Origin: a virus
DNA length: 64,000 nt
IMG/VR virus record: IMGVR_UViG_3300023176_006361
Span: 12,812-76,811 of that record
Reading direction: 5' to 3' (one strand)
Shown here: piece by piece, positions 1 through 9,780 of the stretch
How the letters are laid out: each line of letters opens with the position of its first letter
Numbering within the stretch: the first letter of the stretch is position 1
Notes under the pieces: model-generated
What the model was told of the DNA's origin: nothing
The model's database searches: none
The model's input: only the letters and a program-made list of their open reading frames with translations
Translations under genes and position numbers: made by a program

Positions 1-1621
1 CATAGTATGGACCAGTATGTCCAGGATCTCTAGATGAGAATGAAGTTGTCAGACGAATAGTATCAGCATCAACATACTTGACATAGTAGCAATAACCATT
101 AGACATACCACCTGGAGTGCCATTAGGCGAAGGTCCAGAAACAAAGACTACTGGTTGACCATCTTTGAATTCGTGACGAGGAATCTTGATGGTATCTGCT
201 GAAACATCAATAGACTCTGGGAAGAAATATCTTTGCTTTCTACCATATCCAGCAACTAATGGATCGCCAACTTCAACAATATCATATTCATATGGATTGA
301 GAAGCGTTGAAGAATAACCTCTACCAAACAGCGTCATCTCCAACTGAGTAGCAGCTTGGTTTGCATCAGTCAGGGTAAATGAAACTGGATTACTTCCTGC
401 ACAGTTTGATGCACTACTTGCAAGTTGATAATTTTCATCATCAATTCTAATTACATAGTAAATACCGTTACCTGGGTTTGTTGATCTAGCGTCAGTACCA
501 GTTTGACCTGCTGCCGTAAATCCAGTAACGTTACCATTTCTATATCTCAAGAACATCATGTCGCCTGTTACCAGACCATGATTTGCTACTGCACCATTTA
601 CATAGTGTGTGATGGTATTAGTACTTGAATTCATGTAGCCTGCATTTGCTACCAGGAACTGCTCAGTATCATTACCACCTGGCTCCCACAGCGTCATTGC
701 TGTAGTTTCATATTGGTTGATATCTTCTGACCAGTCAACTGCACCACCTGAAGTGAATGCTCTACCATCAAACTCCTTTCTTCTTACAGCAATAGAGTTT
801 GTAATGTAGAATTCTGTACCAATTGCAAAGTTGGTTTCTACTGGAGTTGTGATTGTCAGGGTACTTTGTGCTGCCTGATCAGTCGTAACAGCAGAGTAAT
901 TACCAAGATTTAGTTTTGATCCAACATAGAATCTACCAATAATAACGTTGGTGTAAACTGTAAAGAGATCTCCAGAAGATTGGATTGGTCTAGATGCTTC
1001 ATAGATGAAAGTTTTATCATCTGGAATTGACTTGATGATAAATGTTCCTTCTGCTGAAATATCTTTCAGACCTCTGATGTCAAGGGGAATGCCGTTGACA
1101 AGACCGTGAAGTGATTTGGTTGTAACAGTAACTTCTGTTGATCCTGCTGTCGCTGTTACTGATGAAATATCTTCCAGAGGGACATCTCCTGAGGAAGAAT
1201 AGAAAGATGGAATTTGATGAATTCTCTCAAGAGTTTCCCACTTAGTTGACTGAAGACCATATTCAAAGTCAGTATCAATCAGAGTATTTGGGTTAGAAAC
1301 TCTGAGCTTACTAACTGGATCGACAAAAGTCTCAGTAGGTTTGAACTCTGCTCCCTCTTCATCAATAAAGATCTGAAGTTTGTCAGTATCTGCATGAGCT
1401 GCAGTTACCGTATCAAAGTTCAGAGTATAAGTAGTTTGATCTGAATCAATGCTATACGCCGTACTAGTAATCCTTAGGTCAGGATCACCTAATGCGTAGA
1501 TTGTTGTGCCGCGTGTAGCATTATTGATAAACAGTAACTTCTTCAGATCAACATGACCATTGATAGTTACTGTTTGCGCCGAAGCGTCAAATACGTAATC
1601 GTAAAGTAATTTTTTTGCCAT
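1..1621 (-). CDS. Large virion structural/tail-associated protein, N-terminal part (runs off the window's left edge)
   Basis: Not in the ORF track because it has no stop in the window. ATG at 1619-1621 is preceded by AGGAAAG; manual translation starts MAKKLLYDYVFDASAQTVTINGHVDLKKLLFINNATRGTTIY and later gives SKLRVSNPNTLIDTDFEYGLQSTKWE, typical of large cyanophage virion proteins. Confidence 0.8.
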   Translation of the reverse strand, partial: MAKKLLYDYVFDASAQTVTINGHVDLKKLLFINNATRGTTIYALGDPDLRITSTAYSIDSDQTTYTLNFDTVTAAHADTDKLQIFIDEEGAEFKPTETFVDPVSKLRVSNPNTLIDTDFEYGLQSTKWETLERIHQIPSFYSSSGDVPLEDISSVTATAGSTEVTVTTKSLHGLVNGIPLDIRGLKDISAEGTFIIKSIPDDKTFIYEASRPIQSSGDLFTVYTNVIIGRFYVGSKLNLGNYSAVTTDQAAQSTLTITTPVETNFAIGTEFYITNSIAVRRKEFDGRAFTSGGAVDWSEDINQYETTAMTLWEPGGNDTEQFLVANAGYMNSSTNTITHYVNGAVANHGLVTGDMMFLRYRNGNVTGFTAAGQTGTDARSTNPGNGIYYVIRIDDENYQLASSASNCAGSNPVSFTLTDANQAATQLEMTLFGRGYSSTLLNPYEYDIVEVGDPLVAGYGRKQRYFFPESIDVSADTIKIPRHEFKDGQPVVFVSGPSPNGTPGGMSNGYCYYVKYVDADTIRLTTSFSSRDPGHTGPYY

Positions 1622-1673
1622 TTTTCTTTCCTAGGTCTTTATTGTCAGAGGGAGGGAGAGAGAGAATTATTGA

Positions 1674-2567
1674 TTAGATACCAAAGGTAATTGCATATCC
1701 AAGTGCTTTGACTGAAAGTGCTTGGAGTTGATCTTGAGTAACCAATGATGCTGAATTAGTACCTTCAGTGAAAAGTTCCCAATTAGACGAAGAAGTCAAG
1801 GGATCATTGTTGGTTGATTCTAAGATATTTATATAAGTACTAGGTGCGCGGAAAGCAACATCACCTGGATAATAGGTGGTTCCCGCACTCCAAACACCTT
1901 TCCAAGAGAATCCTTCAAGTACCAGATCCCAGGAAGTTTGACCTGGCTGGTTTGGTGCTACGCCAACAGTCGTTGTTTTTGCAGTGTATGCATATCCACC
2001 AAACTGGACTACGTTACCAGGAGCGTATGTAACCAATGGATCATACGTTCCAATAACAGAGAAACCAGTTGTCAAAATGTCCCAAAAATCATTGGGGGCA
2101 TTCAAATACTGGTTTGGTTGTCTATTGTTATTTGCCTGCTTTGCAATGTAAGTATATCCACCAAAAGAAACAATGTCTCCTGGTTGATATGCTGATAAGT
2201 TATTCCAACTATCTTCAAATTGGAAACCACCAACATACTCTGAGAAGTTTGCCGCAGCAAATGCGGAAGTAGAAGAGTGTGCAGTAGTTACTAAGTAAAG
2301 AGTGTTTCCAAATTTTACTACGTCATTGAGACGATAGAAAGTATTCTGTGCCCATTCACCAACGTTGCGTACACCCTCAAGATGAAGCGCCCAATTAGAT
2401 AAATCGTTGGAATACCAATCAGTAGCTGCTGCAGTTGACGTATGGTTTGTAGTACAAACGTAACTGTTTGCACCAAACTTGACGATATCGTCGATGACAT
2501 ATGCAGTGCCACCAACCCAATCACCTTTCCACTTGAATTTTAATCTGCCAAGTCTAAAATCTGCCAT
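1674..2567 (-). CDS. Virion structural protein with about five W-x-Y-x-GDVV-FGG-Y (CBM5/12-like) repeats and a C-terminal YAITFG motif
   Basis: 297 aa; N-terminus MADFRLGRLKFKWKGDW; repeats YVIDDIVKFG, YRLNDVVKFG, YQPGDIVSFGG, YAPGNVVQFGG, YYPGDVAF. Confidence 0.75.
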   Translation of the reverse strand: MADFRLGRLKFKWKGDWVGGTAYVIDDIVKFGANSYVCTTNHTSTAAATDWYSNDLSNWALHLEGVRNVGEWAQNTFYRLNDVVKFGNTLYLVTTAHSSTSAFAAANFSEYVGGFQFEDSWNNLSAYQPGDIVSFGGYTYIAKQANNNRQPNQYLNAPNDFWDILTTGFSVIGTYDPLVTYAPGNVVQFGGYAYTAKTTTVGVAPNQPGQTSWDLVLEGFSWKGVWSAGTTYYPGDVAFRAPSTYINILESTNNDPLTSSSNWELFTEGTNSASLVTQDQLQALSVKALGYAITFGI

Positions 2568-2572
2568 TGTTG

Positions 2573-2947
2573 TTACTTAGGTCCGTTTGTGTTGTAATCG
2601 TAAGTTTGTCCCATACGGGCAACTAAAAATCCATCGTCATCGATGAAATAGGAAAGATTTCTAGAATCGAAACGATACTGAAAGTATGGATCGATATCTG
2701 GATCTTGTACTACTGGATTGCCATTCGCATCAACTGTATAGTCATCAAGAGTGCGGAAAATAGGTTCTCCATTAGAGTCAAGTTTTGGTTGACTAATAAG
2801 ATCAATCACATCATTATCATCGCCTGTGACTTTGGTGTATGTGAGCATACCGTCAGCATCGCGATCCATGGCATGGAAGTCCCAAGAGACATTTCCGCCT
2901 CCGCCTCCACCTCCTCTTGCTGTAATGTCTGCTAGATTGATTGCCAT
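2573..2947 (-). CDS. Small virion/adaptor protein
   Basis: 124 aa in the coupled structural operon; poly-Gly linker; C-terminal YFQYRFDSRNLSYFIDDDGFLV. Confidence 0.7.
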   Translation of the reverse strand: MAINLADITARGGGGGGGNVSWDFHAMDRDADGMLTYTKVTGDDNDVIDLISQPKLDSNGEPIFRTLDDYTVDANGNPVVQDPDIDPYFQYRFDSRNLSYFIDDDGFLVARMGQTYDYNTNGPK

Positions 2948-2948
2948 T

Positions 2949-3893
2949 TTATGTTACAATTTTCCAGTTGGTTCCATTATATACTAATAAAACTTCCCAA
3001 CCATCTGAATCTAAAATTAGCTGTGAATCTTGAGTATTCAAATAGTCAAGGAAATCCGCGCCAGTGGCACTAGAGTCAATAGTAATATTATTTATACTCC
3101 ATTGATTTGTTACATCAACAAATCTAATAAAATCTCCTACGGAAGGTGTTGCTGTCATGTCAATTTGATAGACACCTGCCGTGCTGTCTAACATATAATT
3201 TGAATTATATGTATTTGTAGTTCCGTCAATAGTAAATGCTCCAGTCTTTACCGCGACACCATAGTTGACATAAGATAAGACTGTTTCTTTATTTAGAAGC
3301 GGAACCCACGTAACTACACTATTTACAAGTTTTGTCAGATAGTAATCACCGTTACCATCTGCAGCAAATTGACCAACTCTTTGAGCAGTTGGGAGACTTG
3401 CTGCACCCAGATTCAATTTATCTGGAGTGATCGCTCCGTCAACAATTTTATTTTCCGTGACGGCATCATCTAAAATTTTAGATGAGTTAATTGAGTTGTT
3501 AGCTAGTTTATCTGCCGTCACAGATAGGTTAGCTAACTTAGATGTTGTGATATTTCCGTCTAAGATTTTCGCAGCGATGATACTACCATCACTGACTGTT
3601 CCGATGTCTAGTCGATCACCGAAGATAACAGCAAAGAATGTATCGTTCGTTGCTGGAGCTGTGGTGAACTCAATCAGATCGTTATTGATATTATAGTCAG
3701 TCGCAGGTTCAAGAACAGCACCGTTCAGAACTGCCATCACCTGAAACGCACCTGGATATACAGGGTCACCTGAAACTCTCAAATAGAAATCAGTAGAAGA
3801 TCCGTTGAATCCAGACCCTCCACCAAATCTATCTAACGGAAAATCAATCTTTCTTTGATTACCAGTCTTTGGTATATTACCAATATATGCCAT
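2949..3893 (-). CDS. Tail-fibre-associated protein (MAYIG N-terminal domain, six 10-aa D-x-x-I-T-x-x-K-I/L repeats)
   Basis: 314 aa; DGSIIAAKIL/DGNITTSKLA/NLSVTADKLA/NNSINSSKIL/DDAVTENKIV/DGAITPDKLN; C-terminal LVYNGTNWKI. Confidence 0.75.
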   Translation of the reverse strand: MAYIGNIPKTGNQRKIDFPLDRFGGGSGFNGSSTDFYLRVSGDPVYPGAFQVMAVLNGAVLEPATDYNINNDLIEFTTAPATNDTFFAVIFGDRLDIGTVSDGSIIAAKILDGNITTSKLANLSVTADKLANNSINSSKILDDAVTENKIVDGAITPDKLNLGAASLPTAQRVGQFAADGNGDYYLTKLVNSVVTWVPLLNKETVLSYVNYGVAVKTGAFTIDGTTNTYNSNYMLDSTAGVYQIDMTATPSVGDFIRFVDVTNQWSINNITIDSSATGADFLDYLNTQDSQLILDSDGWEVLLVYNGTNWKIVT

Positions 3894-3906
3894 GGCTTTT
3901 TGTTTC

Positions 3907-3914
3907 TATTTATG
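3907..3914 (-). promoter_or_regulatory. T4-type late promoter variant CATAAATA
   Basis: Intergenic, 13 nt upstream of the 3893 start. Confidence 0.6.
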
Positions 3915-3927
3915 GTTAGAGTTCAAA

Positions 3928-6900
3928 TTATCTTGCTCTACTGTTAGAACCGAATGCTTCTTTAGACCAAGCAAAGTACACATAAGTTCTACCACTAAAG
4001 TCAGTTGCTCCACTAGATCCTTTCCTCAGTTTGAATCCATCAGCTAAGAAATCTACATACCTGTTATTAGCAGAGGTTGTTTCTACAGCATTTGTATGAC
4101 AATATATTGAATTTACTATAGTGTTGCGGGAGTCTCTAGAGTCATTCCACATAACCCATTCTTGAAAATCTGTATCATAAGACTTGACTATGACGACAGC
4201 TGGACGGAAACCACACGATACATATGTACCGTTGTCATCTCCTGATCCAGGATATGTTCCAATACTAAAAAGTCCAGGAACACTGTGCCAATTATATGCA
4301 ATCCAATCTTCAGAAGCATTTCCTAAATATCCTGATGAAACTGTAGTAGCATTTGCAGCAAATGATGATGTATTTGTTGCATCATCATTTAGTAACATAT
4401 AACCATTGATAGTATTGGTATTGAATCTCCAATACCAATCACCAGCATCATCAAGTCTTTTTACGAGAGATACTTCTGGTGGTTTTGAAAGTCCATGAGC
4501 AATTACTTGGGAGGAACCGTTTACAGTATATTTGATAATAGAAAAACCATTTGTAGTTGATACTGAAGATCCTGTTATTGTAGAAGTTGAACCAGTCAAT
4601 CCCGCAGCAGATGCAGTAGCATATCCAACACCGTCTTTATTGAAGGTATTAGCACTGCCACCAGCGGATAACCCCCAAGCAACGTATTTATGATTATCAG
4701 CATTTACTGTATCATGTGTTCCTACAGTAACTTTTCCAACTCCATTACCAGTAACTCTTCCAGATCCCTCGGCCCAGTTTCCATTAGGGTAAGAATGTGA
4801 CCAACTTCTTACACTATCAGCAATAATCTGATCGGTGCTATCAACATTAGTGCATTTGATCCACACAAAGTCTGGTTCTGTTTGCATATCTAAATGCACT
4901 GACCTACCAGATACTCCATTACCATCATAATAAGCTGTTCCAACATAATCATTTGCATCAATGCCCACCTTATCATCAATATTTGCAGAATTTAGAGACT
5001 TATATCCAGTTGGTGCAGGATAAAGAAATCTCTTAGACCCAAAATTGAAATGTCCACTCAAATCTCCACCACCATTTACTTGATGTATACCTGGGGTATA
5101 TCCATGAAACTCAGGGGCGGACCTCAAAGATGAAATGTCAATTGCTCCTTGAGATGTCCCGTTTTTATAGAAAACTACAGAATCATTATCAGCATCTAAA
5201 GCAATACCAATTACGTCATATTTATTAAAAGTATCTCCATAAGCAGTACCAGCACCACTATTCAGAACCTTCTTATCACCGTCCATATGATAACTTACAC
5301 CCTTATCTCTCGCAGTATCTTTACTTGGGTTGATACCAATCATAGCTGCAGTAGCATAATCAGTATTGGCAGCTGAATCATGAATAACTTCCCAATAATA
5401 TTTTCCAGAAAATACAGTAGTGTTTGCACACGAAACTGTATTAGGACTATTTGATATTGTAAATTTCAGACCACCTTGTGAAATTACATAAACATCATCT
5501 GTACTCTTGATATTGTATTGGTCAAGAAGAACCGCATAATTTCCTGAAATTTCTCCACCAATTCCAGTATCTAATGTGGTGTCTCCTGAAGTTGGACTGT
5601 CTTTAGTAAAGTCATTATATTGAGCATCATATCCAATCAAAGTTTTTCTAGTGCCATCAGATAATGTAATACGAATGTCCACTACTGATGCGCCACCACC
5701 ATTATTGGATCTCCACCCCATTTTTGTAAATGTTACAGCAGATCCACTATAAATTTGGTTCCAAGTTGGAGAAGATCCTGAAATAGCGACCCATCCAGTA
5801 TCTCCTCCAGTGTAATATGCTTTTGCCTCCTGAAAGCCATCATAACCCATTCTTGTTTCAATTTTGGTTACATCACTAATTGCTGTTCCAAACTGATATG
5901 AAGATTCTGTGTTATCGCCAGGAGCTGCACACCAACCAGTGGTAGCACGACCAGAAAATAATCCCCATTCTGGATATCTGAAATCTGGAATTCTCCAATT
6001 TCCAGATGTTACTCCACCACCATAATATCCATTGCCCACCTTATGCCCAGTGCTATGAACATGATTTTCTCTGCCAGAACTATCTTTTCCAATTTGGAAT
6101 CCATCTGTTGCTAAAACCATATCGTTTCCAGTAACATCAGCACTGGCAAGTTTTAGATGATATGAATTATTATGTGCTTTCATATTGTATACTCTAAAGT
6201 TAGAGTACTTATATGTTCCACCAAGACCACTATTGCCATTTGTGATACCGATGTATCTACCCGTTAAATTGTTTGATGCTACATCAAAACTAATTTGACC
6301 AAAACCTTTACCAGAATCAAACTGCCCAACAAAGTTAGGCACTACAGTAGTACTACATCCACTATTACAAATACTGCTACCAGTATTAGTTCCTCCAGAA
6401 TGGAAGGCGATAAAGTTTGCTGTTGGGTCGCCACTTTGACCATCCATTTCCACATCAACAATAATTCTAGTGAATGGTGCGCTTGCAACACCAGTATCTA
6501 CCCACCAAATTTTGTCATAACCAACAGCAGCTGATGTAGAAGATGATGCTTCAGAATCATTCCATGACTGGTTTGAGTTTGCAGTATCTAACCTATAAGA
6601 AGAATTTTCATCTACATATGAAGTACCATCATGCAAAGTATATCCATTGACTTCCACTGCATGTAAATAAATTCCTCCCAATCCTAAATTATCAGTAGTG
6701 TTATAAGTTGTTCCAGCAAACTGAATTTCATTGATACTAGAATGTACTCCACAGTCTATCCAATATGGATTGGCATCAGAATAAATATCACTTACTTTAG
6801 TCCCATTGACATAAATTTTATATGCAGAACCACTAACTAACAATCTCAGTTTTCCACTGAGACCAAGCGTACTGGTGTCCCAAGTCACAATTTGGCCACC

Positions 6901-8139
6901 AGCAGCATTATTCATATAATCAAGTGTATATGATGCATCAAATGCTTTATCTGGACCTTGGCCAGCGGCAGCACCGTTCCCACTAAATGTCCAATAAGAA
7001 CTATCGCTCCATACTTTAGGAGTGTTATTTAGATTATCTGAGTAAATATCACTCGCAGGAGTTGGATCAGTTCTACTGTCTACAAGGTGAACTCCATCAA
7101 CTTTGAATCCACCAAATCCAGTTGCAGAACCAGATCCATCAAGATATCCAACTTCGATTTGGGTAATAGTTCCTGTGAAAGGATAATCTGTCCACATATA
7201 TCCAGAAGTATGTATTGGAATTACGTGAACATCTCCATTACTATCCGTAATTCTACAAGTAGAAGTGGATGCTCCACTATTAGCATAAAAACTGAAAGTT
7301 GCTTTTACTGGAATGCTTACTCCACTACATGCAATGACATATTGATCAGTAGAAGATTGATTTACATTGAATCGTTCATTATGTTCAAATCCAGTAAACA
7401 AATCTGAAATACTTCCACTATTGATTTTGCTATGTGGGTCAGATCCAGTAGCACTATAGTTTGTTCCTGAGTTTACTGTAACTTGTTTTGCCTGTTTTGG
7501 TGACCAAATACCGTCAACATATTCTCCGAATACTGCTGGATATAATGCAGACCCAGAAACAAACTGAACATCTGCCATGAGTCCACCCAATATAGATGTA
7601 TCATGAGATCCTAATTGGTGTCTTGATTCAGTATTCCAATCAGTTTTATCACTCAAACTATAATGAGTAGCAGTAGAAAAATTGTTAGGTGGTATTCTTT
7701 CACCGTTTACATATATTCTAACTCTATCCCATTGTTCTGGAAAACTAGTATCTACAGAAACAACAAAATGATACCATCCAGCAGCATCATTAAAAACTGC
7801 TGATGTGATGTATTGTGATACATACGCACCTTGATAATCTAGATATTCTAATTGTCCAGTAGGACCAATTTTCAATGCTGTTGTTGGATGTGTTGGTCCA
7901 TAGGTACTGAAGATACCATGGTCACCTCCTGAATTGAATTCAGATCTTTTTATCCAACCACTCCAAGTCCACTTTATTCTATCTCCTGGACCTGGATCAT
8001 AAACAAAGTGATTATCCTCCATTCTTATAGAATTTTCAATTAGATATGCATCAGCATCACCTCCAGATGCTGGAGAAAATCTAATACCCTTGATTGACAG
8101 GGGAGAAAACGACCCCGCGTTTGTTGCAAAAATTGACAT
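3928..8139 (-). CDS. Putative receptor-binding protein: concanavalin A/LamG-like domain, inserted beta-sandwich modules, SPRY domain, C-terminal repeated domain
   Basis: 1403 aa; LamG-like WTWSGWIKR...WYHFVVSVD...RIYVNG; SPRY SGKYYWEV...DVIGIALDAD..VFYKNG..NFG; C-terminal PDFVWIK/PEVSLVK/GFRPAVVIVK repeats. Confidence 0.75.
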   Translation of the reverse strand: MSIFATNAGSFSPLSIKGIRFSPASGGDADAYLIENSIRMEDNHFVYDPGPGDRIKWTWSGWIKRSEFNSGGDHGIFSTYGPTHPTTALKIGPTGQLEYLDYQGAYVSQYITSAVFNDAAGWYHFVVSVDTSFPEQWDRVRIYVNGERIPPNNFSTATHYSLSDKTDWNTESRHQLGSHDTSILGGLMADVQFVSGSALYPAVFGEYVDGIWSPKQAKQVTVNSGTNYSATGSDPHSKINSGSISDLFTGFEHNERFNVNQSSTDQYVIACSGVSIPVKATFSFYANSGASTSTCRITDSNGDVHVIPIHTSGYMWTDYPFTGTITQIEVGYLDGSGSATGFGGFKVDGVHLVDSRTDPTPASDIYSDNLNNTPKVWSDSSYWTFSGNGAAAGQGPDKAFDASYTLDYMNNAAGGQIVTWDTSTLGLSGKLRLLVSGSAYKIYVNGTKVSDIYSDANPYWIDCGVHSSINEIQFAGTTYNTTDNLGLGGIYLHAVEVNGYTLHDGTSYVDENSSYRLDTANSNQSWNDSEASSSTSAAVGYDKIWWVDTGVASAPFTRIIVDVEMDGQSGDPTANFIAFHSGGTNTGSSICNSGCSTTVVPNFVGQFDSGKGFGQISFDVASNNLTGRYIGITNGNSGLGGTYKYSNFRVYNMKAHNNSYHLKLASADVTGNDMVLATDGFQIGKDSSGRENHVHSTGHKVGNGYYGGGVTSGNWRIPDFRYPEWGLFSGRATTGWCAAPGDNTESSYQFGTAISDVTKIETRMGYDGFQEAKAYYTGGDTGWVAISGSSPTWNQIYSGSAVTFTKMGWRSNNGGGASVVDIRITLSDGTRKTLIGYDAQYNDFTKDSPTSGDTTLDTGIGGEISGNYAVLLDQYNIKSTDDVYVISQGGLKFTISNSPNTVSCANTTVFSGKYYWEVIHDSAANTDYATAAMIGINPSKDTARDKGVSYHMDGDKKVLNSGAGTAYGDTFNKYDVIGIALDADNDSVVFYKNGTSQGAIDISSLRSAPEFHGYTPGIHQVNGGGDLSGHFNFGSKRFLYPAPTGYKSLNSANIDDKVGIDANDYVGTAYYDGNGVSGRSVHLDMQTEPDFVWIKCTNVDSTDQIIADSVRSWSHSYPNGNWAEGSGRVTGNGVGKVTVGTHDTVNADNHKYVAWGLSAGGSANTFNKDGVGYATASAAGLTGSTSTITGSSVSTTNGFSIIKYTVNGSSQVIAHGLSKPPEVSLVKRLDDAGDWYWRFNTNTINGYMLLNDDATNTSSFAANATTVSSGYLGNASEDWIAYNWHSVPGLFSIGTYPGSGDDNGTYVSCGFRPAVVIVKSYDTDFQEWVMWNDSRDSRNTIVNSIYCHTNAVETTSANNRYVDFLADGFKLRKGSSGATDFSGRTYVYFAWSKEAFGSNSRAR

Positions 8140-8154
8140 GATCTATCCTCCTTA

Positions 8155-9150
8155 TCAAGCGAAGTTCTTGGAAGCAGCGCCAAGCACTTCCCAAGCAGAA
8201 CTTCTTCTAATCAGTGTAAATGAAAATACGTCTACAGCATTTGCTGTTCCTGTTGGTGCAGCACCACCAGACCATTTGATCGTTGCACCAACGCCTCCGA
8301 TTTGCAGAGTGCTAACGATATATGGAGTTCCTCCTTGGGAAACAATGAACGAAACGTTTTGAATTTGACCGTCTACTGCAGGTAAGTTTGTAACGTTCAG
8401 AGTCATGTCTCCAGTTGCACCACTCAGATATCCAATCATTCCGCTGTTAGAATTCAGAGTTCCTGCATTTGTTGTGAGCGTGACATCTACAACACTTTCA
8501 ATTACTCTATTCAGATTGACTGAAGAAGAGAATGTATTTGCTCCACTGAAAGTATTTGTTCCTGCAAGAGCAGCGTATCCTGCAAGATCTCCAAGAGCAA
8601 CTTCTGTATAGTTTGTTCCGTCGTTAGTTGCTTCCCACTTAGCAGTAGAGTTGTTGTAACGGAGAGTTCTTTCTGAGGTTACTGTACCAGCACCATCTGT
8701 TGTCTGTACTACCGAAATACCACCAACACCTGCTACCACGTTTTGACCAGTTCTCATCCTGATGATGGAGTCAGCAACATCAAGATCGGTCGTGTTGATC
8801 GCGGTGGTCGTACCCGAGACTGTAAGGTTACCAGAAACAGTCAGGTTGCCAGTGATTGTCTGACCACCAGTTAGATCAAGAAGTTCTTTCCATGCACCAG
8901 CATGTGCATAGTATGCTCTACCAGCATTACCTGCGCCAGGACCAATGCCATGAACATGTGCGAACATGCCATGATACGTTGATGGGTCTGGTAGGTCTGC
9001 AGAATCATCATAGTGAAAACGAATCTTGTTTCTTTGACTCGTTAGTTCTAGTTGATCTGTTGCTGCAACAGCACCTGTAATACCGTAAGTCGCTGTGGGT
9101 GCTCCTGTTCCAGCAAGGTCAGTAATAGTGTTGACTCTAATGGTAGACAT
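8155..9150 (-). CDS. Tail-fibre-associated protein
   Basis: 331 aa; MSTIRVN start; GNLTVSGNLTVSGTTT beta-fibre motif; C-terminal IKWSGGAAPTGTANAVDVFSF domain. Confidence 0.7.
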   Translation of the reverse strand: MSTIRVNTITDLAGTGAPTATYGITGAVAATDQLELTSQRNKIRFHYDDSADLPDPSTYHGMFAHVHGIGPGAGNAGRAYYAHAGAWKELLDLTGGQTITGNLTVSGNLTVSGTTTAINTTDLDVADSIIRMRTGQNVVAGVGGISVVQTTDGAGTVTSERTLRYNNSTAKWEATNDGTNYTEVALGDLAGYAALAGTNTFSGANTFSSSVNLNRVIESVVDVTLTTNAGTLNSNSGMIGYLSGATGDMTLNVTNLPAVDGQIQNVSFIVSQGGTPYIVSTLQIGGVGATIKWSGGAAPTGTANAVDVFSFTLIRRSSAWEVLGAASKNFA

Positions 9151-9172
9151 TTTATACTAAGTACCTTTTTTC

Positions 9173-9179
9173 TATTTAG
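9173..9179 (-). promoter_or_regulatory. Possible late promoter (CTAAATA)
   Basis: Overlaps the stop of 9176..9448, 22 nt upstream of the 9150 start. Confidence 0.4.
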
Positions 9180-9448
9180 TTACCGTAGACTGTTCGTGGG
9201 AAAATTTGACCGTATCTGGTGACTGTGCTCCTTCCACGGGCAAGTGATGATGCACCTTCACCAGATTGAATTCCAGAAGTATTAATGTTTTCTGGAACAA
9301 ATGCAGATCTCAACTTTACAATTGAGCCGAGTTCTAGTGCAGTATCCCAGGTGACATCAACAATTTGAGTTCCAAAAGTTTGATTTGAAATAGAAGCATC
9401 AGTTGCTGTCTGTAATGAAATATCTGATTTCAGTGAAATGTTTGCCAT
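9176..9448 (-). CDS. Small structural protein, paralogue of 9448..9780
   Basis: 90 aa; LKSDISLQTATDA ... GQIFPR; TAATG overlap with the upstream gene. Confidence 0.7.
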   Translation of the reverse strand: MANISLKSDISLQTATDASISNQTFGTQIVDVTWDTALELGSIVKLRSAFVPENINTSGIQSGEGASSLARGRSTVTRYGQIFPRTVYGN

Positions 9449-9780
9449 TAGTAGATGCTCCTGTAGAAACTTCTTCTATAAGGAATATATGTTCCTCTTG
9501 GATATAAAATACCAGTTGGTCTTCTGATGCCACGTCTAGAAACTTTTCTAGAAATTGAAGAGGTATCCTCAAAGTTTTCGTCTCTATTATTCATCCTCTC
9601 TTGAATTACTTCCCAAGAGAAGTTTGTATTTGAATAACTATATGCAGCAGCTCGTTGTGTTGCTGTAGAATTTCCACTTGTCAGTGTTGGAATAGTAGAA
9701 ACTCCCAGAGATGCGTTACCAGGGGTAGCATCTCCAGAAGTTTGAAGTGAGAGATCTGATTTGAGAGTAACAGCAGCCAT
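9448..9780 (-). CDS. Small structural protein, paralogue of 9176..9448
   Basis: 110 aa; LKSDLSLQTSGDA ... GILYPR; TGATG overlap with the upstream gene. Confidence 0.7.
   Translation of the reverse strand: MAAVTLKSDLSLQTSGDATPGNASLGVSTIPTLTSGNSTATQRAAAYSYSNTNFSWEVIQERMNNRDENFEDTSSISRKVSRRGIRRPTGILYPRGTYIPYRRSFYRSIY

Noticed and set aside
1646-1665. Purine tract AGAGGGAGGGAGAGAGAGAA (and G7 at 31360-31367) in intergenic DNA
   Set aside because: Short, with no partner or structure that supports a function.
1826-3096. Intragenic TATAAATA at 1826-1833 and 3089-3096
   Set aside because: Could be late promoters but lie 140-205 nt inside coding sequence; chance occurrence in AT-rich DNA cannot be excluded.
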